Shown here one piece after another: positions 43,332 through 52,158 of a stretch of 64,000 nt of DNA (the stretch's first letter is position 1; every line of letters starts with the position of its first letter). The notes below the pieces were generated by a model, which did no database searches, was not told where the DNA came from, and was given only the letters and a program-made list of their open reading frames with translations. This stretch comes from an uncultured Bacilli bacterium (GTDB lineage Bacteria; Bacillota_I; Bacilli_A; RF39; UBA660). The position numbers and the translations under genes were made by a program. Location of the stretch: positions 12,658 through 76,657 of the forward strand of contig CANPZG010000001.1 of the NCBI GenBank assembly GCA_947588765.1. Direction: 5' to 3'.

Positions 43332-44048
43332 ATGGAAAAAATAACGAGTTTACAAAATCAAAAAGTTAAATTTTGGGTGTCTTTAAAAAATAAGAAGGTT
43401 AGAGAAGAAAATAAACTTTTTATTATTGAAGGAGACCATTTATTAAAGGAAGCTAAGAGTAAAAATATTGTTAAAGAAATAATTAGTATTGAAGAAGATG
43501 ATACTGATTATTTAGTAACTAAAGAAATAATGCAAAAAATAAGTGGTCAACAAAGTATTAGTAAAAAAATTGGCGTATGTGAGTTTTTAACACCAGAAAA
43601 AATAGAAGGTAATACCTTAGTTTTAGATTGTTTGCAAGATCCAGGTAATTTAGGTACTCTTATTAGAAGTGCTGTTGCTTTTGGTTTCAAAAATATTTTG
43701 TTAAGTAATGATTCCGTAGATTTATATAATGAAAAAGTTATTAGGGCTAGTGAAGGGATGATTTTTCATGTTAATGTGGTTAGATGTAACTTACTAGAAG
43801 TTTTACCAAAATTAAAAGACGATGGATATAAAATAATTGGTACCACAGTTAAAAAAGAAAAAAGTGAAAAAATTAAAGGTGATAACTTAGCCATTGTAAT
43901 TGGTAATGAAGGTCAAGGAATGAGTAAAGATGTCAAAAACTTATGTGATAGCCTAGTAAATATTCCCATGACTAGTAATTGTGAAAGTCTAAATGCGGCG
44001 ATTGCCGGTTCGATTTTAATGTATGAGGTATATCGTGAATCTTGTTAA
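43332..44048 (+). CDS. TrmH/SpoU-family RNA 2'-O-methyltransferase
   Basis: LVLDCLQDPGNLGTLIRSAVAFGF and IVIGNEGQGM...NVS SPOUT motifs. Confidence 0.7.
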   Translation: MEKITSLQNQKVKFWVSLKNKKVREENKLFIIEGDHLLKEAKSKNIVKEIISIEEDDTDYLVTKEIMQKISGQQSISKKIGVCEFLTPEKIEGNTLVLDCLQDPGNLGTLIRSAVAFGFKNILLSNDSVDLYNEKVIRASEGMIFHVNVVRCNLLEVLPKLKDDGYKIIGTTVKKEKSEKIKGDNLAIVIGNEGQGMSKDVKNLCDSLVNIPMTSNCESLNAAIAGSILMYEVYRESC

Positions 44049-44517
44049 TGTTGGGTTTGTAGCAACAAACCATGGTCTAGATGGTAAATTAAAAGTTCTA
44101 ACCGATGAACGACTAATTAATGAAATATTTAAAGTAGATAATAAAATTTATATTAATGATAAAGAATATATCATTAATAGTTTTCAAACTTCCGGTAAAT
44201 ATATAATTATTTCTTTAAAAGATTATCTAAATATTGATTTAATAACGCCCTTAATAAAGCAAAACATTTATATTGATGTTGATGAAATAAAACTAGATAA
44301 TAATTATTTACTTGGCGAATTAATTAATTCTAGAGTAATAGATGATAATACTCCAATAGGAGAAATAACTGATATTAGAAAAGGTCTAAAATATGATTAT
44401 GTTGTAGTTAAAGGTAGTAATGAATTTTTAATTCCTTTAATTGATGAGTATGTAATTAAGTTTAATAGAGAAGAAAAAGTATTATTAACGAAAGGTGCAA
44501 AAGATTTAATCTTTTAA
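44035..44517 (+). CDS. rimM: 16S rRNA processing protein RimM
   Basis: VGFVATNHGLDGKLKV N-domain plus a PRC-barrel C-domain. The start codon is uncertain (GTG 44035 or ATG 44023). Confidence 0.65.
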   Translation: MNLVNVGFVATNHGLDGKLKVLTDERLINEIFKVDNKIYINDKEYIINSFQTSGKYIIISLKDYLNIDLITPLIKQNIYIDVDEIKLDNNYLLGELINSRVIDDNTPIGEITDIRKGLKYDYVVVKGSNEFLIPLIDEYVIKFNREEKVLLTKGAKDLIF

Positions 44518-44550
44518 GAAAGTGTAGTATAATATAAGGGAGGTTTAAAA

Positions 44551-44955
44551 ATGAATGTTGTAGGAACTATGTTTTTTAAAGATGAAAAGTTGTTAATTGA
44601 TAAGCCAAGAAAAAGACCGACATATCAAATGATTGGTGGAAGAGTTGAAAATGGTGAAACACCCTTAGAGGCAGCAATTAGAGAATGTCACGAAGAATTG
44701 GGCGATTATTCAGCTTTCGATGATAAGTTATTTGAATTAGTTATGGAATTTGATGAAATAGCAACTAGTGATGGCATTACACCTATTCATTTTTATGTAT
44801 TTAAATATAATGGATTTTTAGAAGGAAAATTATCTACATCAGAAGAAATAGAAAGTTTTTTGTGGTATGATTCTTCGTATGGAAATGAAATTTTATCTAA
44901 TACATTAAAAAATGAAGTTGTTCCTTATTGTTTAAAGAAAAAATTAATTAAATGA
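44551..44955 (+). CDS. NUDIX hydrolase
   Basis: GGRVENGETPLEAAIRECHEELG Nudix box. Confidence 0.6.
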   Translation: MNVVGTMFFKDEKLLIDKPRKRPTYQMIGGRVENGETPLEAAIRECHEELGDYSAFDDKLFELVMEFDEIATSDGITPIHFYVFKYNGFLEGKLSTSEEIESFLWYDSSYGNEILSNTLKNEVVPYCLKKKLIK

Positions 44956-45038
44956 GAAAATTTGATAAATGTAGGTTTTATAATAATTTGTAAGTGATTG
45001 AAAAACTTAAAAAAATAACATAAGATAGAGAGGCATTT

Positions 45039-45713
45039 ATGAGAATTGATATATTGACACTTTTTCCAAATTTATTTAATAATTTTTTAGAAGAATCAAT
45101 TATTAAAAGAGCCATTAATAAAAAATTAGTAACAATAAATGTTATTGATTTTAGAGAGTATTCGCCTTTAAATAACCATCAAGTAGATGATACTCCCTAT
45201 GGTGGTGGCGCGGGAATGGTTTTAAGATGTGAGCCAATTTTTGAATGCCTAGATAAAATAAAAACAGAAGATTCTTATGTTGTTATGTTAACACCATCGG
45301 GTAAGACTTATAATGAGCATATGGCTTACGAAATAAGTAAGAAAAAACATATAATATTAATATGTGGCCATTATGAAGGTTTTGATGAAAGAATAAAGAC
45401 GCTTGTCGATTTGGAGATAAGTATTGGCGATTTTATTTTAACTGGGGGAGAAATACCTGCTATGGCGGTAGTTGATTCCGTAACTAGATTACTTCCCGGC
45501 GTAATTAATGAAGAAAGTTTAATTAATGAATCATTTAATAATAATTTATTAGATTATCCAAATTATACAAAGCCAAGTGTTTATCGTTCTTTAAAGGTAC
45601 CGGATGTTTTACTGTCGGGAGACCACGCGAAAATAAAAGAATATCGCTTACAAGAACAAAAAAGAATAACAAAAGAAAATCGACCTGATTTATTGGAGAA
45701 TGAAGATGAGTAA
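45039..45713 (+). CDS. trmD: tRNA (guanine37-N1)-methyltransferase
   Basis: MRIDILTLFPNLF...ICGHYEGFDERI...SIGDFILTGGE. Confidence 0.93.
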   Translation: MRIDILTLFPNLFNNFLEESIIKRAINKKLVTINVIDFREYSPLNNHQVDDTPYGGGAGMVLRCEPIFECLDKIKTEDSYVVMLTPSGKTYNEHMAYEISKKKHIILICGHYEGFDERIKTLVDLEISIGDFILTGGEIPAMAVVDSVTRLLPGVINEESLINESFNNNLLDYPNYTKPSVYRSLKVPDVLLSGDHAKIKEYRLQEQKRITKENRPDLLENEDE

Positions 45714-46134
45714 ATATATAATAAAAAAAGTAACTATTAAAAAAGGTAAAGTAAAATATGATGCCGAAAAAGGTTATGTTTTCGCTCCTAAAAGTAAAAC
45801 ATATGAAAATATCAAAAAAGTAGAAGTTGTTGATAATGAATTAAAAACGCAAATAATGCATAAAAAACTTGCCAGTGAATATAAAAAAATAGTTGCTTAT
45901 ATATATCAAATATTAAGCGAAGATGAAGGCGATGCCGTTAATACTTTAACAGCTTATTCCGAATTAGATCGTTTGAAACATTTATTAATGGTAAAATACC
46001 AAGAAAAGGTTGATAAGAAATTATTAGAAAAATATATGTTAAAATTAGAAATATTAGAAATGGAAATTAATAAATTAATGTATAACTTATATCAAAATAG
46101 AGAAGTAAGTACGGAAAGAGGAACAAGTAGATAA
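45700..46134 (+). CDS. hypothetical protein
   Basis: 144-aa ORF overlapping the trmD stop. It occupies the position normally held by rplS but is not RplS-like. Confidence 0.35.
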   Translation: MKMSKYIIKKVTIKKGKVKYDAEKGYVFAPKSKTYENIKKVEVVDNELKTQIMHKKLASEYKKIVAYIYQILSEDEGDAVNTLTAYSELDRLKHLLMVKYQEKVDKKLLEKYMLKLEILEMEINKLMYNLYQNREVSTERGTSR

Positions 46135-46153
46135 TCATAAGGGGAAATAAAAT

Positions 46154-47035
46154 ATGTCAAAAACTTTAGATAGATACAAAGAAGTAAAGAAAGCAAGTGT
46201 CCTAGGAATAATAGGAAACTTCTTTTTGTTTATAATAAAAGGAATAATAGCACTTTTTACTCATAGTGAGGCAATGATTGGGGATGCCATAAATAGTTTA
46301 AGTGATATTTTATCATCTTTCATGGGCTTTTTAGGTAATCATATAGCTAGTCGTCCTAGTGATGAAGACCATAATTTAGGCCATGGTAAAGCGGAATATA
46401 TTTATTCTTTATTTATAAGTTTTATGATGTTTATTTTAAGTATCAATATTGCTTATAGTTCGATAAAATCATTCTTTAATCATCAAGAATTTATTTTTTC
46501 TTATTATCTAATTTATGTTTGTCTTATTACAATTGTAATTAAGTTATGTTTATATATTTATAATAGAAGTTTAGCTAAAAAAATGGCTAATATCATATTG
46601 GAAGCGGCATATAAAGACCATCGTAATGATATGATAATTACAACCTTCAACTTAATAAGTGTTATTTTTTCATTATATGGTATTTATATTTTTGATAGCA
46701 TTGTTGGTTTAGGTATTGCGATATGGATATTTTTCCAAGCCATTAGTATTTTCAAAAAAAGTTATGATGTTTTAATGGATAAATCTTTTTCTGTAGAAAC
46801 GAAAAATAAAGTCTTAGATATTATTAAAAACTATCCCGAAGTAAAGGATATCAATCATTTTAATGCCACACCTGTAGGTTATAAATATCAAATATCATTT
46901 ACAATTTTTGTTAATGGTAGATTGTCAACTTTTGATAGTCATGCTATTGCAAATAATTTAGAAAAAGAAATAGTTAAGAAAATACCCGAAGTTTATTTAG
47001 CCATAATCCATGTTAATCCTTTGGATTTATCGTAA
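46154..47035 (+). CDS. cation diffusion facilitator family transporter
   Basis: HSEAMIGDAINSLSDI, six TM helices, and a C-terminal cytoplasmic domain. Confidence 0.8.
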   Translation: MSKTLDRYKEVKKASVLGIIGNFFLFIIKGIIALFTHSEAMIGDAINSLSDILSSFMGFLGNHIASRPSDEDHNLGHGKAEYIYSLFISFMMFILSINIAYSSIKSFFNHQEFIFSYYLIYVCLITIVIKLCLYIYNRSLAKKMANIILEAAYKDHRNDMIITTFNLISVIFSLYGIYIFDSIVGLGIAIWIFFQAISIFKKSYDVLMDKSFSVETKNKVLDIIKNYPEVKDINHFNATPVGYKYQISFTIFVNGRLSTFDSHAIANNLEKEIVKKIPEVYLAIIHVNPLDLS

Positions 47036-48424
47036 GTGTTTTATCTCCTTAACAAAAGGAGATTTTTTCATAATAGGGCATAGCAAAAATACTTCATTTT
47101 TAGTGCGAGTTAAAGCAACATAAAAAAGTCTTCTTTCTTCAGCATAAACAATTTCTTGATCATCAGTTTGTAACTCATCAATTACTTTATTATTTATAAG
47201 TTGATTAGGAAATCCATATAAGGAATTTTCGAGATTGATTAAGATTACTTTATTAGCTTCTAAGCCTTTCGAGGAGTGCACAGTCATATATTTAATAAAT
47301 TTATTTTTATAAATAAATCCTTCATTAGTAAGACTACATCCAGTTGGTAAAAATTTCTTTATATCAAAGTTATTGCGACCTAAAACTAAAATATCATCTT
47401 CATTTTTTAATGAATCTAAAGTATTAGCTAAAGCTTTCTTAGGATTAAAATAATATTTAATAATAATAGGTTTAGATAAATGCTTATGACTTAATAACGA
47501 TTTAGTTATTTGTTTTTTATTTTTCATAATAAATTTACTAGAGATATTAATTAATTCTTGGCTATTACGATAAGTATATTTAAGTTTTAAAATAGTTGAA
47601 TTTTCAACAAGAGTAGTAAAGTTTAAAAAGATATTAACGTCACACCCCGAAAACTTAAAAATTGATTGATAGTCATCCCCAACGACAAATAATATCGCTT
47701 GTGTAGCTTTTCTTAAACTATTAACTAAATTCCATCTTATTAAAGAAGTATCTTGAAATTCATCAATAATAATATATTTATATTTTTTATAGTTATTGAC
47801 ATATTTTGTGGCTTCCGTAATTAAATCATCAAAATCAAAAGAATTAGAACTAATGAGTTCACTTTGGTATAAAGCATATATTCTAACAATTAATTCAATT
47901 AATAAAGTGTCTTTTTTATAAATATTTTTAATATTTTCAATAGTCTTAGCATTAGTTTTATATAAATGAATAAAAGTAATGATAATTTTTTTTAGCTTTT
48001 CGTAACTTTTACTTTTTAAAAATTCTTGATAATCATAAAAAGAATGATATTTTAATATTTTAGTAATTAAAATAGAATCATCTAAACTTAAGAAAAATTC
48101 ATTAGTGATATACTCTAAAGTATTATCGTTAGTTATTTTGTAGGAAATATTATTATATTTTAAAATATCAATTGCTAATTTATGAAAAGTATAGATATCG
48201 GTATTAATCTTTATTTTGTTTTTTAAATCATTAACACTTTTATTCGTAAATGATATTAAAAGTATTTCTTCGGGTTTTATCTTTAAAACTGTAGTTAAAA
48301 ACTCTAGTTTACCTAAAATAGTAAAAGTTTTGCCACTTCCCGCAGCAGCAATAAGTAAAGTATTTTTGGTACTTTTAATGGCTGCTTCTTGATATTCATC
48401 AGCCTTTTTTCCGTCAATTAACAT
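47027..48424 (-). CDS. short UvrD/REP-family helicase
   Basis: AAAGSGKTF Walker A, DEFQDTS, VHSSKGLE, and a terminal LTRTKN motif (UvrD-family motif VI, VALTRA type); 465 aa. Its 3' end overlaps the convergent CDF gene by 9 nt. Confidence 0.65.
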   Translation of the reverse strand: MLIDGKKADEYQEAAIKSTKNTLLIAAAGSGKTFTILGKLEFLTTVLKIKPEEILLISFTNKSVNDLKNKIKINTDIYTFHKLAIDILKYNNISYKITNDNTLEYITNEFFLSLDDSILITKILKYHSFYDYQEFLKSKSYEKLKKIIITFIHLYKTNAKTIENIKNIYKKDTLLIELIVRIYALYQSELISSNSFDFDDLITEATKYVNNYKKYKYIIIDEFQDTSLIRWNLVNSLRKATQAILFVVGDDYQSIFKFSGCDVNIFLNFTTLVENSTILKLKYTYRNSQELINISSKFIMKNKKQITKSLLSHKHLSKPIIIKYYFNPKKALANTLDSLKNEDDILVLGRNNFDIKKFLPTGCSLTNEGFIYKNKFIKYMTVHSSKGLEANKVILINLENSLYGFPNQLINNKVIDELQTDDQEIVYAEERRLFYVALTRTKNEVFLLCPIMKKSPFVKEIKHLR

Positions 48425-48561
48425 AAGTCTCCTCTTATGTTCTATCCTAAAAATAATTTAGTATAAAAGAGTATTTTAGTCAAGTTAAACAGTTCCCCAT
48501 AATTTGACAAAAAAAGCCAAAAGTGCTAGAATATCTACTCGAAAGCAAGGGGGAATAGATA

Positions 48562-49266
48562 ATGGAAAAAGATGCTTTTGAAATGACTGATAAAGAAGTA
48601 TTAAATGTGGATATTCTAAAGGAAACTATTAATAGTAATAATAGTGTTAGTAATCTTGAAGAATATTTTAAAGGAGAAAAGAAAAAGTTATTGGCTAAAT
48701 TAGCAAAAGATATAAAACTATCTAAGATAAAAGAAGGTATAGTTTATGGTATTTTAACTTTAATTTGTGCTTCTTTAGGTTTAACTATTCATGGTTTTAT
48801 TTCTACCGAAGCTGTAATTAATTCCTTTTTTTCATTTATTGCGGCTGGTGCTTTAGGTGGTTCTATAGTTTATCTTGGCTTAAGTCCTTATTTTCAAAAA
48901 CAAAGAGCTAATATAAATAAAGAGTTTGAAAGAAATTTTAGCTTTATAAGTGAACAAGAAAAATCTTGTCAAAATATAAGAAATAATAATGATAAAATAG
49001 TAAACATTTCCAATGATTTAGTAAAGACTAGTGAAGTAGTGCCTACTAAAAATTTTGATTACAGCGATTTGTTAATCGTTGGTACAAATGAAGAATTATG
49101 TAATTTTTATAATGTTGAACCTAATACTAAAGAAGCTGGTAATTTGTATTTAATTATTGATACTTTAAAATGTGTCGAAGATGATGCTAAAAGTTTTTAT
49201 TACGAACAATTAATGAAAATTTATGAAGAAAATCATGCTAGTAAAAGAACGTTAACAAGAAATTAA
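48562..49266 (+). CDS. hypothetical membrane protein
   Basis: Two central TM helices; no motif. Confidence 0.35.
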   Translation: MEKDAFEMTDKEVLNVDILKETINSNNSVSNLEEYFKGEKKKLLAKLAKDIKLSKIKEGIVYGILTLICASLGLTIHGFISTEAVINSFFSFIAAGALGGSIVYLGLSPYFQKQRANINKEFERNFSFISEQEKSCQNIRNNNDKIVNISNDLVKTSEVVPTKNFDYSDLLIVGTNEELCNFYNVEPNTKEAGNLYLIIDTLKCVEDDAKSFYYEQLMKIYEENHASKRTLTRN

Positions 49267-49340
49267 AAATAGTTTGATAAAGATAGTTAGACACTATCTT
49301 TTTTTTGAGGACTTTGCTATAATAAAAAGGGTGGTAGATA

Positions 49341-50486
49341 ATGAATAAAGCACACATAGAAATAGATATTGAAGTTTTAAAGAAAAATATTAATAAATTA
49401 TTTAAATGTTTTAATACTTATGATAAAAAAATAATTGATGTAAGTGATAATAATTTTGGTCTAGGCATCTTTTTAGCAAGTATTTATGAAGAATTAGATA
49501 TCGATTATTTATTTACATCTAGTTTAAATGATGCCATTAAAATAAGAAAATATAGTCGTGATATACCAGTTTTAATAAAAGAAAGTGTAACTAGCGAAAA
49601 TATCTATGATGCTATTAACAATAATATAACACTTACCATTAAAGACTTAAATTATTTACAAACTATAAGTACTTTAGAAATAAAAGATGATTTAAAATTA
49701 TTTTTATTTATTGATAATGGATCTAATGTTTATGGTTTAAAAAGTTATGAAGAATTAAAGAAAGCTATCGAAATAATTAATAACAATAAACATCTTTTAT
49801 TAGTAGGAATATACACTAACTTTACTACTTATGGAATAGATGATGAATATTATTATCTAGCAATGAATAATTTTCTAAATATCCTTGAACCATTAAATAG
49901 TAAAAATTTAATAATATTTGGTAATGAACCATTGATGTACCATGAAAAAATAAAAAAAATAAATGGTATTAAGTTTGATTTAGCAGTCTTAGGTTTAACT
50001 AAGAACTTTAATAATATTAATAAAATGAAAATGCGGAAATTAATGAAAAAATATCCCCAAATGGGAATAAATTTTATTGATCTGGATTTAGATTTAGTCT
50101 TTTCTTTAGTAGCTTATATTAATGATATTAGCTTTGTTTATAAAAATACTTTAGTTGGTAGAAATTATTTAGCTCGTGAAGATATGAGGGTAGGGGTAGT
50201 TAATATTGGTTATAAAGATGGTATAACTAAAGCTTTAAAAGTAGTAGTTGTAAATGAAGAAGTAAGAGATATTATTACCGATAATATTGATGAAGTAATA
50301 ATTAAATTAAATGATAATGATAATTTAAATGATAAAGTTTATTTAATTAGTGAATATAATAATATAGATAATTGTTTAATTAATTTAAAAACTAATCGTT
50401 ATTATTTGATGAGTATTTTAAATAATAATTTAACAAGAGTATATAAATTTATTGATGAAGAAAGAGAAATAAATTATTGTGAATAG
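49341..50486 (+). CDS. alanine-racemase-like protein lacking the PLP-binding lysine
   Basis: Collinear with Alr (AHIEIDIEVLKKN.. / ..IDVSDNNFGLG / FIDNG..G / VNIGYKDG), but the AVVKANAYGHG lysine is replaced (VSDNNFGLG). Confidence 0.5.
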   Translation: MNKAHIEIDIEVLKKNINKLFKCFNTYDKKIIDVSDNNFGLGIFLASIYEELDIDYLFTSSLNDAIKIRKYSRDIPVLIKESVTSENIYDAINNNITLTIKDLNYLQTISTLEIKDDLKLFLFIDNGSNVYGLKSYEELKKAIEIINNNKHLLLVGIYTNFTTYGIDDEYYYLAMNNFLNILEPLNSKNLIIFGNEPLMYHEKIKKINGIKFDLAVLGLTKNFNNINKMKMRKLMKKYPQMGINFIDLDLDLVFSLVAYINDISFVYKNTLVGRNYLAREDMRVGVVNIGYKDGITKALKVVVVNEEVRDIITDNIDEVIIKLNDNDNLNDKVYLISEYNNIDNCLINLKTNRYYLMSILNNNLTRVYKFIDEEREINYCE

Positions 50487-50534
50487 TTTTTAATCTACTA
50501 TTAAAGATTTTATGTGTAAAAAACGTAAAAAAAT

Positions 50535-50563
50535 ATTGCATTATCGCCTTTGTTATGATAAAA
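50535..50563 (+). promoter_or_regulatory. sigma-A promoter of the tRNA operon
   Basis: TTGCAT, 17 nt, TAAAAT, about 30 nt upstream of tRNA-Val. Confidence 0.6.
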
Positions 50564-50595
50564 TGAGTTATGTCATCGGGTGATGTATGCATTTT

Positions 50596-50672
50596 GGGCG
50601 CTTAGCTCAGTTGGTTAGAGCACCTGCCTTACAAGCAGGGGGTCATAGGTTCGAGTCCTATAGCGCCCACCA
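50596..50672 (+). tRNA. tRNA-Val(UAC)
   Basis: Cloverleaf folds by hand. Anticodon loop CUUACAA; encoded CCA. Confidence 0.85.
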
Positions 50673-50685
50673 TTATTTTTTTATT

Positions 50686-50996
50686 GCCGACTTAGCGTAA
50701 CTGGCAGCGCAACTGACTTGTGGGATAGAGTGTTTTTACACCTTGAACTATCTTGCACCCTTAAGTGGAAACATTTAAGGTGGATGCCGCTAATTCGGGG
50801 AACTCTTAATAAACTAAAAAGTTTATATGACAATCCCGAGCTAGGTTAATACCGAGTGTAGAGACTTTATACGGTGAGCCTAAGTCTTAGTGATATGGCT
50901 AAGAGAAAGTCCAGACTACAAACAATTAAATTGGTAGTGAAAGCTATAGTAGTATGAATCAGTAGGTTGGGGGTTCGACTCCCTCAGTCGGCACCA
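50686..50996 (+). tRNA. tRNA-Thr(UGU) interrupted by a 235-nt group I intron (exons 50686-50721 and 50957-50996)
   Basis: The joined exons give ACTGA-CTTGTAA-TCAGT-AGGTT-GGGGGTTCGACTCCCTC-AGTCGGCACCA, a canonical tRNA-Thr(UGU). The insert lies between nt 36 and 37. Confidence 0.8.
50722..50956 (+). ncRNA. group I intron (IC3-like), no ORF
   Basis: Preceded by an exon U and ends with G. Contains AAUUCGGGGAA, GAGUGUAGAGACU..ACGG, CCUAAG and AAGUCCAGACUA, which match conserved core segments of the Azoarcus/Anabaena tRNA introns as I recall them. Confidence 0.7.
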
Positions 50997-51002
50997 TTTT
51001 TT

Positions 51003-51086
51003 GGAGGGATAGCGAAGTGGCCAAACGCGGCAGACTGTAAATCTGTTCCTTCGGGTTCCATGGTTCAAATCCATGTCCCTCCACCA
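51003..51086 (+). tRNA. tRNA-Tyr(GUA)
   Basis: Anticodon loop CUGUAAA; long variable arm; CCA encoded. Confidence 0.85.
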
Positions 51087-51094
51087 TTAATGTT

Positions 51095-51170
51095 TGCCTC
51101 GTAGCCAAGTGGCAAGGCATCAGACTTTGACTCTGACATTTCGGTGGTTCGAATCCACCCGAGGCAGCCA
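51095..51170 (+). tRNA. tRNA-Gln(UUG)
   Basis: Acceptor TGCCTCG/CGAGGCA; anticodon loop CUUUGAC; discriminator G; CCA. Confidence 0.85.
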
Positions 51171-51186
51171 TTTTTTAAATATATAT

Positions 51187-51262
51187 GTTCCGCTAGCTCA
51201 GTAGGTAGAGCATTTGACTTTTAATCAAAGGGTCTCGAGTTCGAATCTCGAGCGGGACACCA
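51187..51262 (+). tRNA. tRNA-Lys(UUU)
   Basis: Anticodon loop CUUUUAA; CCA encoded. Confidence 0.85.
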
Positions 51263-51272
51263 TTGTAGATAT

Positions 51273-51307
51273 AAATTTTCCTTAAAATATGGGAAAATTT
51301 TTATTTT
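51273..51307 (+). terminator. rho-independent terminator of the tRNA operon
   Basis: AAATTTTCC...GGAAAATTT hairpin plus TTATTTT. Confidence 0.55.
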
Positions 51308-51379
51308 AGCCAATAATTCAAAATTAACTTAAATTGTTAATTTTATATGTATATAAGAAAATCATAAAAAAACTGGTAA

Positions 51380-51559
51380 TTATTTAACCAGTTTACTTTG
51401 TACTAATTTGACTTTGCTTTTACCATTTAAAACATTATCGCTCCATTCAAATGGCTTTTCATAATCTTTGGAATTCTTACTATGATTGATTTTGCAAGGT
51501 TTAATACTAGTAAAGAATCCCTTTGGAAATTTAGTATTTTTTGTCTTTTCGTCTTTCAT
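51380..51559 (-). CDS. possible 59-aa small protein
   Basis: AAAGGAG RBS 6 nt before the ATG; encodes MKDEKTKNTKFPKGFFTSIKPCKINHSK.... Below the size cutoff of the ORF track. Confidence 0.3.
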   Translation of the reverse strand: MKDEKTKNTKFPKGFFTSIKPCKINHSKNSKDYEKPFEWSDNVLNGKSKVKLVQSKLVK

Positions 51560-51655
51560 AGTAACTCCTTTCTAATAGTATTATACACTTTTTATTTAAA
51601 AAAATATATAATTTTAATGAAAGTTATTTTAGCATTTTGTCATAAATTTGTCAAA

Positions 51656-52087
51656 TTATGATTTTATATTATCTTTTATATTTGTATAAATTGGTTTTAA
51701 AAGATTTTCATCTTTTAATTTTAGTATAAGTTGTACTAATTCATCTAGCAATTCTGGATCTATATATGCTATAATTTTATATTCAATTTTACTTTTGTCA
51801 AAATAATATAATTGATCCGCTTTAATATAACCTTCTTTATTATTTATATTTTCACCAGAAATTTTTTCTTCTTTTACTGCTAAATTTTGTTCGAATCTAA
51901 GTTTTTTCTTTTTATGTTCCTCATCATGAAAGCTACATAGCATATTAGAAACAAAATCATATCTAAAACCTTCAACAAAGTCTGGTTCATCATTTATAAC
52001 TACAAAAGAATGTTTAGGTACTATTTCGCCATATTCATTCTTAAATTCCTTTATTACAATTACATCACCTAATTTGCACATTTTCAT
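51656..52087 (-). CDS. hypothetical protein with N-terminal PemK/MazF-like resemblance (tentative)
   Basis: CKLGDVIVIKEF....HSFVVINDE and a later Q..Y.DK..I pattern loosely resemble the MazF/Kid SH3-like fold. Confidence 0.35.
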   Translation of the reverse strand: MKMCKLGDVIVIKEFKNEYGEIVPKHSFVVINDEPDFVEGFRYDFVSNMLCSFHDEEHKKKKLRFEQNLAVKEEKISGENINNKEGYIKADQLYYFDKSKIEYKIIAYIDPELLDELVQLILKLKDENLLKPIYTNIKDNIKS

Positions 52088-52158
52088 CACAACCTTTCTT
52101 TAATATTGTTAAATTAGTTTATTTAATAAAATATTTGTTTGAAATATTTTATAATTAA

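Noticed and set aside
50686-50996. Alternative reading of the region as two degraded tRNA fragments or a tRNA pseudogene
   Set aside because: The two halves join without a single mismatch into a complete tRNA-Thr(UGU) with intact stems and CCA. The insert has group I core-like sequence and G-ending / U-preceding boundaries.
50959-51171. 70-aa minus-strand ORF in the six-frame track
   Set aside because: It lies entirely over the tRNA-Thr 3' exon, tRNA-Tyr and tRNA-Gln, so it is spurious.
52090-52158. Terminator downstream of trmL (AAATATTT-GTTTG-AAATATTT)
   Set aside because: The stem is entirely A-T and there is no clear U-run on the transcribed strand. It is too weak to call.
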